64,000 nt of DNA from Octopus sinensis (Eukaryota): positions 81,282,001 to 81,346,000 of the forward strand of contig NC_043002.1 of the NCBI RefSeq assembly GCF_006345805.1. Direction: 5' to 3'. Below the pieces are notes generated by a model. That model had not been told where the DNA came from, did no database searches, and saw only the letters and a program-made list of their open reading frames with translations. Below are positions 11,448 through 24,096 of the stretch, one piece after another; the stretch's first letter is position 1, and each line of letters opens with the position of its first letter. Made by a program: the position numbers and the translations under genes.

Positions 11448-12249
11448 CATACATTCATACATAGATATAACTATATATGTGTATTTTATTTTATATACAA
11501 ATTGAAGGTGAGTTTTTCACGTGATAGAAGTTTCACGCCACTGCAATCGACTTAAATCGACACACTTCAGCTGTGGTTTCAGTAAAAATTCATATTCTCT
11601 ATATGTGTTGAGCACTCTTTGTTTGACATAAAGCAGGTCAGTCATACATATAAGTGTATGTATGTGTATGCGCGCGCGCACGTGTGTACATAGATGTGTA
11701 TCTCAATCTATATATAATATATATATATATATATAATATATATATATATATTTCAGAAATAGAAAGTGGGAGAGAGTGTGGGGAATGGACTAATGAGCTG
11801 TACTTGAAGATTGAAGCATTACCGTATATACAGAAGGACTGTGATTTAGAAAAGAACCGCAATGGAGCTGGAAATAGATACAATATAAGTAAGAAGCGAA
11901 ATTAAACTTGTATCTTAAAACATATTTTAATCATACTAACGAAAATATTTCTCCTGAAATAGTTATAGAGTGAGAGCAAGAAAGACGTATCGGCTTGTTA
12001 GCGGTGCATGTCTGTCTGATGGCGCAAGAATCTCGACTCCGAAATGTGTAGAAATATCGAGATTGTATTTTGAATTTCATGGTGATTTTTCTGGAGTTAT
12101 TCGATTGTACGCAGGAATAGAAAACACTTGTATGGATGTAAGGGAAGAAGGGAAAAACGGCTATCAAATTTTGCGTTGAACTGGGCGGGCCTGGTTGGAT
12201 TGCTTACATTAATCACATAAACAAATTTCGTGTGTTCGAATCCTACAGG

Positions 12250-12900
12250 CTGTTGCTGGTGGGTCTCCGTTTCCATTTCCCTTTTACATTTCCATAACCC
12301 TTCCGCTTCCATATTATGTTGAACTTCTTTGCTCCAGATTTCAGATGGAAATCTTGCTGCTTTAGCGTCTGACACATATTCCTGATGTTCATAATTTTTC
12401 AACTGTTACTAAAGTTTACTTTCATTGTTCCTGAAGAGCCTGTTCTTATGGTATTTTTTTTATAGTTTACTTGGTGTTTTATTTTTTTTTTCTCTTATCT
12501 CTTCCTTCACTACCGGCAGTCTTTGAGCCTAATGTTCTGCTTTCCTTGGAACTCATTCCTGTATCTTACCTTCACTATTTTCTTTTCCATGGCTGTATCA
12601 ATTCTCTCAACATCTCTTTTGAGATTTTAAACTTGATTCTCAGGTCGTTCCCACCTTGAGACTCTGTCTCTATGATTTTCTTTGAATTTTAACCTCCGAA
12701 ATTTTCACAGTAATAGATACTGCCCAGTAAATGAGGTCGTATAGATCTGTTATATTTTCAACCTAGATTTTTGTTAACAGCTCGTTGATCTTTTCTCTTT
12801 TACGTAGTCCTCTTTCACTACCTCTCAAGGCTATCAAGCTCTTTCTTTCGCTAGTACGTCTCTCTTTTCTACGTCGTAGTAAGCACCTTTCCTCCTCTGT
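12250..12900 (-). mobile_element. R4/Dong-type LINE fragment, pre-RT region, decayed
   Basis: Minus strand gives KNRLFRNNESKL..QL..DAKAARFPSEIWSKEVQHNMEAEGL, resembling the QNRLF..NQ..FY / FWS.IW...V.HN..AEW blocks of this clade. Confidence 0.6.
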
Positions 12901-13327
12901 AGCATTTTTTCCTTCCACAAAATAAATTCAACCCATCATCATCATCATCAAAAGCAACAACAGCGATTGCAGTTTTTCCTAGTAGATACTACTTCCTCCG
13001 TTTGCTTACGATAAATTTTAAAGGATTTCAATGCTTTTAAATTGAACTTTTAATAGCGATTTCCGGATAAATGAAGATGTTTTTCGTAATCTAAAAATCA
13101 AAAATCGATAAATTAACATTTCTATGGCTTCTTATTTATGCGATTTACAGATGGTTCATAGTTACTGAATCTATGTCTTCGTCGACTTATGATAGACATC
13201 TAGAACGTTTTATATATCAAAATTTCACGATAAAATTTCCATGGCTAGTCCATCATAAGACCATGATTATTAAAGTGGTTTAATGCCTTACGAGTGATGT
13301 TCTGTAAATAGATTTTATCTTTCATTT

Positions 13328-13550
13328 TTTACTTGTGTCAGTCATTTGACTTCGGCCATGCTGGGGCACCACTATAAAGGGATGATTTTAATCCAACAAA
13401 TTGACTCCAGGACTTATTTTTTCTCAAGCCAGGTACTTATTCTATCGGTCTCTTTTCCCGAACCGCTAGGTTACGGGAACGTAAACAAACAAACACCAGT
13501 TCTCACGCGGCGTTGGGAGAAAAATATAGAAACAAGGACACACACACATA
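13328..13550 (-). mobile_element. SINE family A, 3' half
   Basis: Reverse-complement match to 3955-4140. Confidence 0.75.
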
Positions 13551-13744
13551 GATATATACATATATACATAAGTACCAACGCACGAAACTCTCGGACCCTG
13601 AGTCGCTCCGTTACTTCTGCTAAATATCAATGAAAATATACATATACTCATATTTTGAGTTCTAATTTTCCTGTTTGCATCAAAAATACCTATACACACA
13701 CATGCATATATATGTATATATATATAATATATTTAAAATTAATA

Positions 13745-15668
13745 AATAAAACATATGCATATATACATACATATATGTACGTACCTATCTCTACATGTAT
13801 ATATACATACATATACGGGTACAGGACCAAAAAAAACGTCGAACACATGAGAAACGAAAACATAAACACAAAACCAAGGAACTGGACATTTTTCTTAAAC
13901 CAACGAAAGAGGTACAGGACAATGACACAAGGAGGAAAATCCCATTCTTCAGTCGCCATGGTTTCATCTAGTCTGCGTTCGAAGGTGAAAGCGATACGCA
14001 TTTTCGATAGAAACTTTCCTTCCCGCGAAAAGCCAAAATAAAATTTGAGATCTTTTTGCGGAGGGGTAAAAATGTTAACAAAAATAGGACAGTAAAACGA
14101 CAGTACAAAATATAAGACGTAAAAGACAGGACATGGAGAATAACAAGACAAGAAGGGCTGTTAAGCCGAACGAGATAAAGTATACGAACGCTATTTTGAG
14201 AACGGCGAAGGAGCAACGGAAAATGCCGTCTACACTTCAAGGAAAACCAGTTCAGAAAGACAGTAGCAGAGCTCTCGTCGCGGGTCACGACGGGGGAGGG
14301 AGGAGGAGGACAAGAGAAAGGGAGAGAAAAAAGGGAATGGTTGTGAGGAAACCAGAAAGAAGAAGAATGAGAGAGATAGAGAGAGAGACAGACAGACAGT
14401 AAGGTAGCAGAAGAAAAGGAAACAGAAAGAATGAAGCCTGAGAAAGGGAGGGGGTACAGAAAGGTCAAGAGTGCGCATCATTATTAATATCAAGAACAAT
14501 CTTACTTAGAATTGGATGCGTGCGTTTTCGTCATATAATAATTAATAATAAAACATGCATATATACATTCATATATGTACGTACCTACCTCTACATGTAT
14601 ATATACATACATATATGGGTACAGGACACCAAAAAACGTCGAACACAATGAGAAACGAAAACATAAACACAAAACCAAGGAACTGGACATTTTTCTTAAA
14701 CAACGAAAAGAGTACAGGACAAATGACACAAGGAAAATCCCATTTCTTCAGTCGCCATGGTTTCATCTAGTCTGCGTTCGAAGGTGAAAGCGATACGCAT
14801 TTTCGATAGAAACTTTCCTTCCCGCGAAAAGCAAAATAAAATTTGAGATCTTTTTGCGGAGGGGTAAAAATGTTAACAAAAATAGGACAGTAACGACAGT
14901 ACAAAATATAAGCGGTAAAAGACAGGACATGGAGAATAACAAGATAAGAAGGGCTGTTAAGCCGAACGAGATAAAGTATACGAACGCTATTTTTGAGAAC
15001 GGCGAAGGAGCAACGGAAAATGCCGTCTACACTTCAAGGAAACCAGGTCAGAAAGACAGTAGCAGAGCTCTCGTCGCGGGTCAACGACGGGAGGGAGGAG
15101 GAGGAGCAAGAGAAAGGGAGAGAAAAAAGGGAATGGTTGTGAGGAAACCAGAAAGAATGAAGAATGAGAGAGATAGAGAGAGAGACAGACAGACAGTAAG
15201 GTAGAAGAAAAGGAAACCAGAAAGAATGAAGCCTGAGAAAGGGAGGGGACAGAAAGGTCAAGAGTGCGCATCATTATTAATATCAAGAACAATCTTACTT
15301 AGAATTGGATGCGTGCGTTCCGTCATATAATAAATTAATAAATAAAACATGCATATATACATTCATATATGTACGTACCTACCTCTACATGTATATATAC
15401 ATACATATATGGGTACAGGACACCAAAAAAAAACGTCGAACACAATGAGAAAAAAACATAAACACAAAACCAAGGAACTGGACTTTTTCTTAACAGCGAA
15501 AAAATATAGTACAGGACAAATGACACAAGGAAAATTCCCCTTCTTCAGTCGCCATGGTTTCATCTACTCTGCGTTTCGAAGGTGAATGCGATACGCATCT
15601 TCGATAGAAACTTTCCTTCCCGCGAAAAGTAAAATAAAATTTGAGATATTTTTGCGGAGGGGTAAAAA
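13745..15668 (-). repeat. Tandem array of a ~800-bp unit (about 2.4 copies; starts at 13745, 14547, 15341)
   Basis: Units are near-identical, differing mostly by homopolymer indels; part of the unit is homologous to 545-730. Confidence 0.9.
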
Positions 15669-15725
15669 AATATATATATATATATACAGAGAGAGAGGGG
15701 GGGAGACCAAAGTGTACGTACCCCG

Positions 15726-15765
<40 letters not shown>

Positions 15766-16136
15766 AAAATACAAAATGGGACAAGAACGGAAAACATTCA
15801 GACAGTTAGGGGATACAAGAAAGGGACCACATAACATCCAGATAGACGATACAAAGAAAACAAGGATGGGTCATCCGGAGTTTTCTTTCGTCAGTCGAGT
15901 TCCGGACTATCTTTGCAATTTCGGCTGGTTATACTGGAGATTGCTCCAATCTAGCCAGCCCCAAGGAAAAACTAAGCTAAGCGCATTGAATTCCTTGGAA
16001 GAAAGCAGCGAATGTATGCGAAAATAAGGACGGAAAAAAACGGAGAAGGTTACACAAATACAAATAACAGGACATAACAACAGGTGTCTTTCGACTAAGG
16101 ACGAATTAAATTAAGCTGGCGTGTGTGGAAGTAAAG

Positions 16137-16270
16137 CCTTACGGCAGGGATACAAGATTTCTAACAAGGAAGAATATAGATGTCGCACGGACAGTGGCCG
16201 AACCAAGAAAGAAATGTCAGGCTTGGCCGAACTCGCCGTGCCTGTGAAATCTTGTATCCCTGCCGTGAGG
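16137..16270. other. Inverted repeat: 25-bp stem, 84-nt loop
   Basis: ACGGCAGGGATACAAGATTTC (16141-16161) is the exact reverse complement of 16246-16266, extendable by 4 bp with one G-T pair. Confidence 0.85.
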
Positions 16271-16314
16271 GATACATAGATACACACACACACACACCAC
16301 AACACACACACACA

Positions 16315-16373
<59 letters not shown>

Positions 16374-16718
16374 ATATATATACGGCGGTGCATCAGCATG
16401 GCCGCAGCTCTGAGCTGAAACTGGAAAAAAATATATATATATACTTTGATACTTTGATAGGTTTCGGCCATTATTGGCCCAGGCCATGTCTAACTTAATA
16501 GCACCACCTGGTATATATATATATATATATGAAGGAAAAATAGCCAGCTGTAGAACCTCAAGAAATCAGAATAGTAACTATAATAACAAGTCGATCGACA
16601 CATCATCTATATATATATAGGGGGGGAGGTCGTTTGTTCGACTAAACTCTTCAAGGTAGTGTCGCGACATGGCTGCAGTCCAATGACTAAAACAACTACA
16701 ATATAACGTATAGAGTAG

Positions 16719-16753
<35 letters not shown>

Positions 16754-16968
16754 GTATGTGTGCGTGTTCCTGTTGGTATGTTCGTTACTCTCTTCTGCCT
16801 ATATTTTTACTCCGTGTACTCTTGTCAGTCCCTGTTTCTGTCTCAAAATCCCCTCCCACACACGTTTCTACCATCTTACTTTCTTACTGCCGTATCTCCC
16901 GTCACTCTCCTATATGGCTTTTCAGTCATCTCTCACTCCTGCTCATCGTATCTCCCTCCTTCTCTCTT

Positions 16969-17005
<37 letters not shown>

Positions 17006-17117
17006 CTTATTGTTACCCTCTCTCTCTTTCTCTCTATTACCGTAAAACTTCTTTTCTCATGAGCCGGTTTCAGCTGACGTGTCTAGCTTCGTTAATATAG
17101 TTCAATATCTATTTTGT

Positions 17118-17132
17118 GCACTAGGTGGCGCA
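17118..17132 (+). promoter_or_regulatory. CTCF-like motif
   Basis: GCACTAGGTGGCGCA closely matches the bilaterian CTCF core CCACYAGRKGGCR; motif match only. Confidence 0.35.
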
Positions 17133-17504
17133 AGATAGGTGAGAAAAAAATAACTCCACACATACAGGTCTTAAGTAAACATAATACACAAAGTTATCAG
17201 TCTCCAACGGAGCATGTTGTTCTGCTGATGTGCTTGCATTCACTCCATAACTGCACAAACGGTTTTTGCTGTTGTTCATTCTTTCGGCTATTTATTATTT
17301 TTTTTATAAATGCATTTTTGCACCATTGAAAGCAACACCAACTGCAAATGTGAGCCTCGGCATGATACTATAGAAAACTGCATTCGTAAAGTACTTTGAA
17401 CTATCACGACTTCTCCGAGACTAGCAGCAGCAGTAGCAGTAGTAGTAGTCGTAGTAGTAGTAGCAGCAGTAACAATTAAAATGATAATAAACACCTACAT
17501 CTTC

Positions 17505-17942
17505 AATTGTAGTCATCATCATTATCATCATCGTCATCATCATCATCATCATCATCGTTGTCTGTCATCGCTAACGTCACTGTCATCACACTGTACTGCC
17601 TATTCATTTCATCGCCAGCCGTCATCGTCAGCATCAGTGTCAACACCACCACCTCCACCATCACCACTATCATCACCATCATCATCACAATCATCATCAT
17701 CATCATCATCATCATCAACAACAACAACATCCTCCACTTCGTCGTTCAAGTCATCATCATCATCACGACGTCGACGACCAACAACTACCGCCACGCCCAC
17801 CCCCACCACCATTATCACCATCGGCGTCATCATCATCTTCATCGTCATCGTGGTCGCTTTCATCGTCGTCGTCGTCGTCGCTGACGTGATCATCATCTTC
17901 ATCACCATCATCATCATTATCATCATCCTCATCATCATCATC

Positions 17943-17990
<48 letters not shown>

Positions 17991-18016
17991 TTCATCACCA
18001 TCATCATCTTCATCAC

Positions 18017-18050
<34 letters not shown>

Positions 18051-18086
18051 TTCATCACCATCATCATCCTCATCATCATCATCATC

Positions 18087-18118
<32 letters not shown>

Positions 18119-18258
18119 CATCATTATCATCATCATCATCTTCATCCCATCATCATCATCATCATCATCATCATCATTATCATCACCATCATCATCATCA
18201 TCTCCATCACCATCATCATCATCATCATCATCATCATCGTCATCACCATCGTCATCAC

Positions 18259-18334
<76 letters not shown>

Positions 18335-18335
18335 G
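17505..18335. repeat. Long degenerate (ATC)n triplet repeat
   Basis: Directly visible; source of the 342-aa and 260-aa low-complexity ORFs. Confidence 0.95.
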
Positions 18336-18622
18336 TTTTCACCATACCACGTCAATGGTAGTGATTGCTTTGAAAACACCGTGAAAGTCATTCACATCGT
18401 GTTATCTTCTCCGTTTTCCTATTTTCATTTTAAAAAAAAATTTTTTTTTTTTCTTTTTTGGTCTTTTTCTCTTCCATTTAACGTTTGCTGTTATTGCTGT
18501 CCTGCTTAATACCAACGTCTTCAATCTTAGTGTTTCTCACACTGTTATTTTGTCTTCAATTGTACTTCCCCAACTCTGTTCAGATCATACCCCCACCCAC
18601 ACACCTACATATATACATATAT

Positions 18623-18664
<42 letters not shown>

Positions 18665-18716
18665 TATATATATATATATATATACATATATAATATAATA
18701 TATATATATATATATA

Positions 18717-18757
<41 letters not shown>

Positions 18758-18900
18758 TATATCCATATATACATACACACATAATATATGTTGTGTTGTT
18801 TTTGTTTTTTTTTTTTGTTTATATACTTTATATGGATGTTATATATATATATATATGATATAGATGATTATATATATATAATGTATATGTATATAAATAT

Positions 18901-18946
<46 letters not shown>

Positions 18947-19339
18947 CGTGTGTGATTATTTATGCATTTGTAGAAATGTGTCTTTTGCTACGTCTTTAAC
19001 ATGACTCATTTTTTTTCTACCTCTCTCTCTCTTTCTCTTTTCTTCTGTATTCCAATACCAAAAGTGTTCGTTGGTGTTTTAATGTCACACCAATGTCTAA
19101 CCCAACACAAAGACAATATATGCTCTTGATTAACTAATACCACATTCAAAAGATTCTTTAATTGCATTCAGCGATTTCTTAAGCTTTATTGTTTTAATTT
19201 TTTTCTTTTTTTTTCTTTTATTTATTTTAATTTTTTTCGTTTTTTGTTGTTGTTTTTTTTTGTTTTTTTTTTTTGCATTTTCTGTCTTTTTAATCTTTTT
19301 TATTTTCTGAACTTTCATCAAAACCATTACAGAATAATG

Positions 19340-19362
19340 ACAATGTGATTAATAATAATAAC

Positions 19363-19394
<32 letters not shown>

Positions 19395-19931
19395 TAATAA
19401 TAATAATAATAACAACAACAACAGTGGCAATAATAACAATAGTAGTAATAGCAATGATTTCTTTTAATAATGATAATAATAATTATTATTATTATTACTA
19501 TTAGTATTATTATTATTATTACTATTACTACTACTACAATACTACTATTACTACTACTACTACTGAGATCATTACTATTATTATTGCTACTACTACTGAT
19601 ATTACTATTATTATTACTATTATTATTAATTATTATTATCATCACCATCATTATCATTATTATTATTATTATCATTATTATCTTTATTACTATTTTCATT
19701 CTTCTTATTATTATTATTTCATAAAATTAATCAGTGTCATTATTACTGTTATTATTAATGTTGATGATGAGGAAGATATTGATAATGCCGTTAATAATAC
19801 TATTAATGTAATTAGTATGGTAGTTATTCAAGAAGAAGAAGAGGAGGAGAAGAAGTGTTATCTCTTCCTTCAACATCACAATCGCAAGTATTCTATTATT
19901 ATTATTATTATTATTATCATTTTCATTATTA

Positions 19932-19967
<36 letters not shown>

Positions 19968-19981
19968 TATTATTATTATTA

Positions 19982-20016
<35 letters not shown>

Positions 20017-20080
20017 TTATTATTATTATTATTTATTATTATATTATTATTATTATATTATTATTATCATTATTATTATT
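19340..20080. repeat. (AAT)n/(ATT)n triplet repeat region
   Basis: Directly visible. Confidence 0.95.
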
Positions 20081-20688
20081 TAGACAGATTATTTTACAAA
20101 TTAGAATGTCAAATTAAAATATACTTCGTAAATTGGTTATATACAGATAAATGTAGCTTTCCATGCCTTGTAGCCGTTAAAGAGAAAAAATAGTAGATGA
20201 ATAAAATGAATAAATAAATAAACCTATTCAAATAACAAATATGAATATATTCCTTTCGCCATGTTATGACAGACAGAAGGGACTAAAGACTGAAAAACGG
20301 AATATTCAAATAGACATGTCAGCTATTACACGAATCATGTGATAATGTATATTGCAAGAACCTTAAAGCATAAACATTCTTCTATTGTCGAAGGAAAAAC
20401 TTTTTGGAATTCCCCCAGCACTTCTATATATATATATATAGATTATATATATATTATATATATATATATATTATATATATATTATATATATATATATATA
20501 TATTGTGGTGTGTGTGTGTGTGTGTGTGTGGGTGTGTGTGGGGGTGTGTGTGTTACACGAAAAATTTCCTTGTATTTCTTTCTCTCTGTCTCTCCTCTCT
20601 CTTCCAATCTCTATCTATCTGTCTATCTATCTGTCTATCGAGCAATCTAACACATGCAAACACATACGATATGCGTATCACATTTTAC

Positions 20689-20758
<70 letters not shown>

Positions 20759-20785
20759 CATTATCACCATCATAATCATCATTAA

Positions 20786-20998
20786 GGTGGTGAGCTGGCA
20801 AAATCGTTAGCGTACCGGGCAAAATGCTTAGCGGTATTTCGCCCGTCGCTATATTTTGAGTTCAAATTCCCCCGAGGTCGACTTTACCATTTATCATTTA
20901 GGGGTAGATAAAATAAATACCAGTTGATCACTGGGGTCGATGTAATCGACTCATTCCCTCCCATAAAGTTGATACTCTTGTGGCAAAATTTTAAAACC
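20786..20998 (+). mobile_element. SINE family B (GGTGAGCTGGCAGAATCGTTAGC head), flanked by (ATT)n
   Basis: Homologous to many copies at 27306, 33553, 45657, 47640, 57742 and others. Confidence 0.85.
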
Positions 20999-21018
20999 AT
21001 TATTATTATTATTATTAC

Positions 21019-21064
<46 letters not shown>

Positions 21065-22112
21065 GCCTTTGCACAGCTTCTAACGCTGGAGATGTACTAC
21101 AGTGTCAGCTGTTCACTACCAGTGAACTAAGGTAACACCTCTTATTTTTCGAGCCCCTTCCGGAGTATTCGAGAGGTTCGAAGCAGTGCTATTTCCTACA
21201 AGTGTTCCACCCTTATTGCAGCCCCTATTTGTTTCACATTCTTCTCGAGATTTTTTCTCACTGTTCCAAGGGCTCCGATAATTATTGGTACCACTTCTAC
21301 CTTTTTCATCGACCACAACTGCTTCACTTCCCAAGCTAACCTGTCATATCTCTCGACTTTTCTTTCTTCTTTATCGCATACCTTGTTGTCAGCTGGGCAT
21401 GGTATGTCTATGATCCAGCATAGTTTGTTTTATTTCTCAATTAAGACTATGTCCGGCTTCCTATTTTCTATCTCATGGTCGCACTGAATCATAAACTCCC
21501 ATAAAATCTTTGCATTTCCATTTTCGACAATGCCTTCAGATTTGTGGTCGTACCAATTTTTTTGCTCTGTCAAGTCCATGCTTGTTGCAAAGTGTCCAAT
21601 GGACAAGCCTGGCTATATTGTCGTAGCGTTTCTTATATTCCTCCTGGGCTAGTGGAGTACATTGGCTGGTAATATGCCATGCAGTTTCACCGTTTTGTCC
21701 ACAGATTCTGCACTTATCACTTTCTGCTGTGTTGTCTATTCTGTATTTTGTGTAGTTTGTTCTTAGTGCTTGCTCTTGGGCAGCACAGATTAGAGCCTCC
21801 GTTTTCGGTTTTTAATCAATTGTAGTTATCCACAACCATACTTTTCTCTTATCTTCAACATACCTATGAAATTGACCATACATTCCTTTCTTTACCCGCC
21901 TATTTTCAGTTTCATGGATTTTCAGTTTCTTATATAGTGCTTTATCTTTGCAATCTTTCACCCTACACAAGCCTGACCTTCTTCCAGTAATAGCGGTTCT
22001 GTGGCACTTTTTACATACCATGTTATGTTGTTTCTTTCTGATCTAATGCTGTGTTCGCATCCAATAAGTCCTCTTCCCCCTCGTTTTCTTGGTACACACA
22101 GTCTGTCTGTGT
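21065..22112 (-). mobile_element. R4/Dong-type LINE 3' fragment, family 2, with (TAA)n tail
   Basis: DKCRICGQNGETAWHITSQC (CCHC), ENRKPDIVLI..IIDIPCPAD (PD..D REL motif), VPIIIGALGTV; the 3' end runs into (TAA)n. Confidence 0.9.
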
Positions 22113-22649
22113 CTAGTACTTGACTCATATTAATGTGATCGCTCTCGGAGGAATAGAAGATAAAATTGAGCTCGGCAGATTTGAACTCAGAAGAGAAAGA
22201 GCCAGATTTTGCAAGATATTTTTTTTTTCAACACTGAAATAAATGAAAAATATGGAACAAAAAACTCTACATAATGGGGGCGAAGAATAGATTGGTAAGG
22301 AAACGGATTAGAAATACCTAACAATACTGCAATCGTAACCTAGCATAACAAAAGGGACTCACCAATACTAAAAATATTGTTAGCAAGCAAAAAGTTCTGG
22401 GGTTTGAGAAGTTCCTCTGTCTAGATAACAGAAATGTACCAACTGTTGCACTTGAAACTGTGTAGAAAGCTTCTGTAGATGTAACTTTATGATAATCTTT
22501 TCTATTATAAGATCTGGAATTTGGGGTGGGGATCGATTACATCGACCCAGTGTTCAACTGGTACTAATTTTATCGAACTCGAAACGATGAAAGTCAAAGT
22601 TAACCACGGTGACATTTGAACTCAGTACGTTGCCCCCAAAAGTTTCCGA

Positions 22650-22960
22650 GGGTCAACTGGAGAAACAGTCACAAATGCGGAGATTCTGTAAAGAGCGACG
22701 TCACGATCATTGCAAGAGAGTGTAGCAGAATGCCGATTCCACTAAGATGACCACTATTTCCGTCTCGATCCACACGGAACACGAAGACAACCACGACTAG
22801 CGTATCACCTGACGGCAGTCGTAAAAGAAACAGACTGAAGATCACTTGGTAGGAGATGTTTCAAGATGAGCTAAAGACAACATTACACCGAAAAGAAAAA
22901 GAGTGGCAGACGGTAGAAGATGCTTGCCGTCCAATGAAATAAGCAGGACGGGAGGATCTA
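22650..22960 (+). mobile_element. RTE-clade LINE 3' fragment, decayed
   Basis: ETVTNAEIL*RA.RSLQESV and GSRKRNRLKITW*EMFQDELK resemble the RTE C-terminus (VTNEEVL / GKRKRGRP..TW). Confidence 0.6.
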
Positions 22961-23287
22961 AAGCTAACTAGCAGTTCGGCAAAATGATCGAGAGAATAAG
23001 TACCAGACTCCAGGAAATAAGTACTTGAGTCGGCTGGTTCGACTAAACCAATATTTATCGACCATTTCTTACCTATGGACCTCTTTGTTCTACTGGACCT
23101 CCATGGCCATTCAATGCATTAAAAAAATCATACATCAAAAATGAAAATAAGTGTTGCAGGGACGTAAATAAAACAACGCCGGTTGCTATGTGGTAGGAAA
23201 GAACATACACAGACGCGAGGACACTCGCATATATAAACACACATACACACACACACACAGACATATATATATATATATATATATATA

Positions 23288-23612
23288 GGAGCACTCCATC
23301 ACTTAGGACGACGAGGGTCCCAGCTCATACAATCAACGGATCGGCTTGCTCGTGAAATTAACGTTCAAGTGGCTGAGTACTCCACAGACTCGTGTGCCTT
23401 TAACGTAGTTCTCAGGGAGATTCAGCGTGACACAGAGTGTGACACGGCTGGCTCTTTGATATACAGGTACTACTCATCTTTGCCAGTTGAGTGGACTGGA
23501 GCAACGTGAAATAAAGTTTCTTGCTCAAGGACACAACGCGTCGACGGGAATTGAACTCACGACCTTACGATCGTGAGCCGAATGCGCTAACCACTAAGCC
23601 ATGCGCCTTCAC
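23288..23612 (-). mobile_element. Chimeric tRNA-derived SINE (head as in the 63093 copy, tail as in the 6380 copy)
   Basis: Head GTGAAGGCGCATGGCTTAGTGG...TTTATTTCACGTTGCTCCAGT; tail GTGTCACGCTGAAT..GAGAACTACGTTAA..CACGAGCA. Confidence 0.85.
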
Positions 23613-23627
23613 ACACACACACATATA

Positions 23628-23999
23628 CAAGCAAAGCACCTCGTCCAATGGACGGTGCTGAGTTGTCAAACATTTAAACCAAGTTTTCTCAAAACAACTT
23701 GTCCGACCGTCCCATAGGCCTCCCCTTTGAGAAACACTGATTTAACCTAAATTTGAGATACCAGCAAAAGAAGAAATGAAGATAGACTTTTTTTCTATTC
23801 CAAGAAAAACGATTTTACAAATGCACGTTCCCACGGCTTTATCGATCGATTTCTCACGTGGAATGGATTTTTGTAATTTTTTCAAGACATACAAGCCCTG
23901 ATACCGTCGGTATCTACATATCAAATTTGAACGCAATCGGATGGAGGATGACCGAGATTCGAGAAGACACAGAGACACACAAACAGACATAACGGTTTT

Positions 24000-24010
<11 letters not shown>
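23628..24010 (-). mobile_element. Non-autonomous Helitron-like element, family 2
   Basis: Reverse complement of 39483-39864; 3' hairpin GCACCGTCCATTGGACGAGGTGC followed by CTTG|T. Confidence 0.7.
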
Positions 24011-24040
<30 letters not shown>

Positions 24041-24058
24041 GAGAGAGAGAGAGAGAGG

Positions 24059-24096
<38 letters not shown>

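Noticed and set aside
11756-11889. Candidate exon (TTTCAG acceptor, GTAAGA donor, open frame EIESGRECGEW...)
   Set aside because: No recognisable protein, no polypyrimidine tract (preceded by (TA)n), and the 3' part weakly resembles a decayed CR1 end.
15540-15625. Type II hammerhead in the tandem unit (GAAA-ATGC-GTA-TCGC ... GGCGA-CTGAAGA, minus strand)
   Set aside because: Stem I can pair, but stems II and III have mismatches at the core-adjacent positions; not supportable without a family consensus.
17481-18509. Longest ORFs (342 aa, 260 aa) and the many YI/MYVC/HT/IYLS-rich ORFs
   Set aside because: They are translations of (ATC)n, (TA)n, (ATAC)n, (CA)n and (GATA)n microsatellites, which lack stops in some frames; no domain content.
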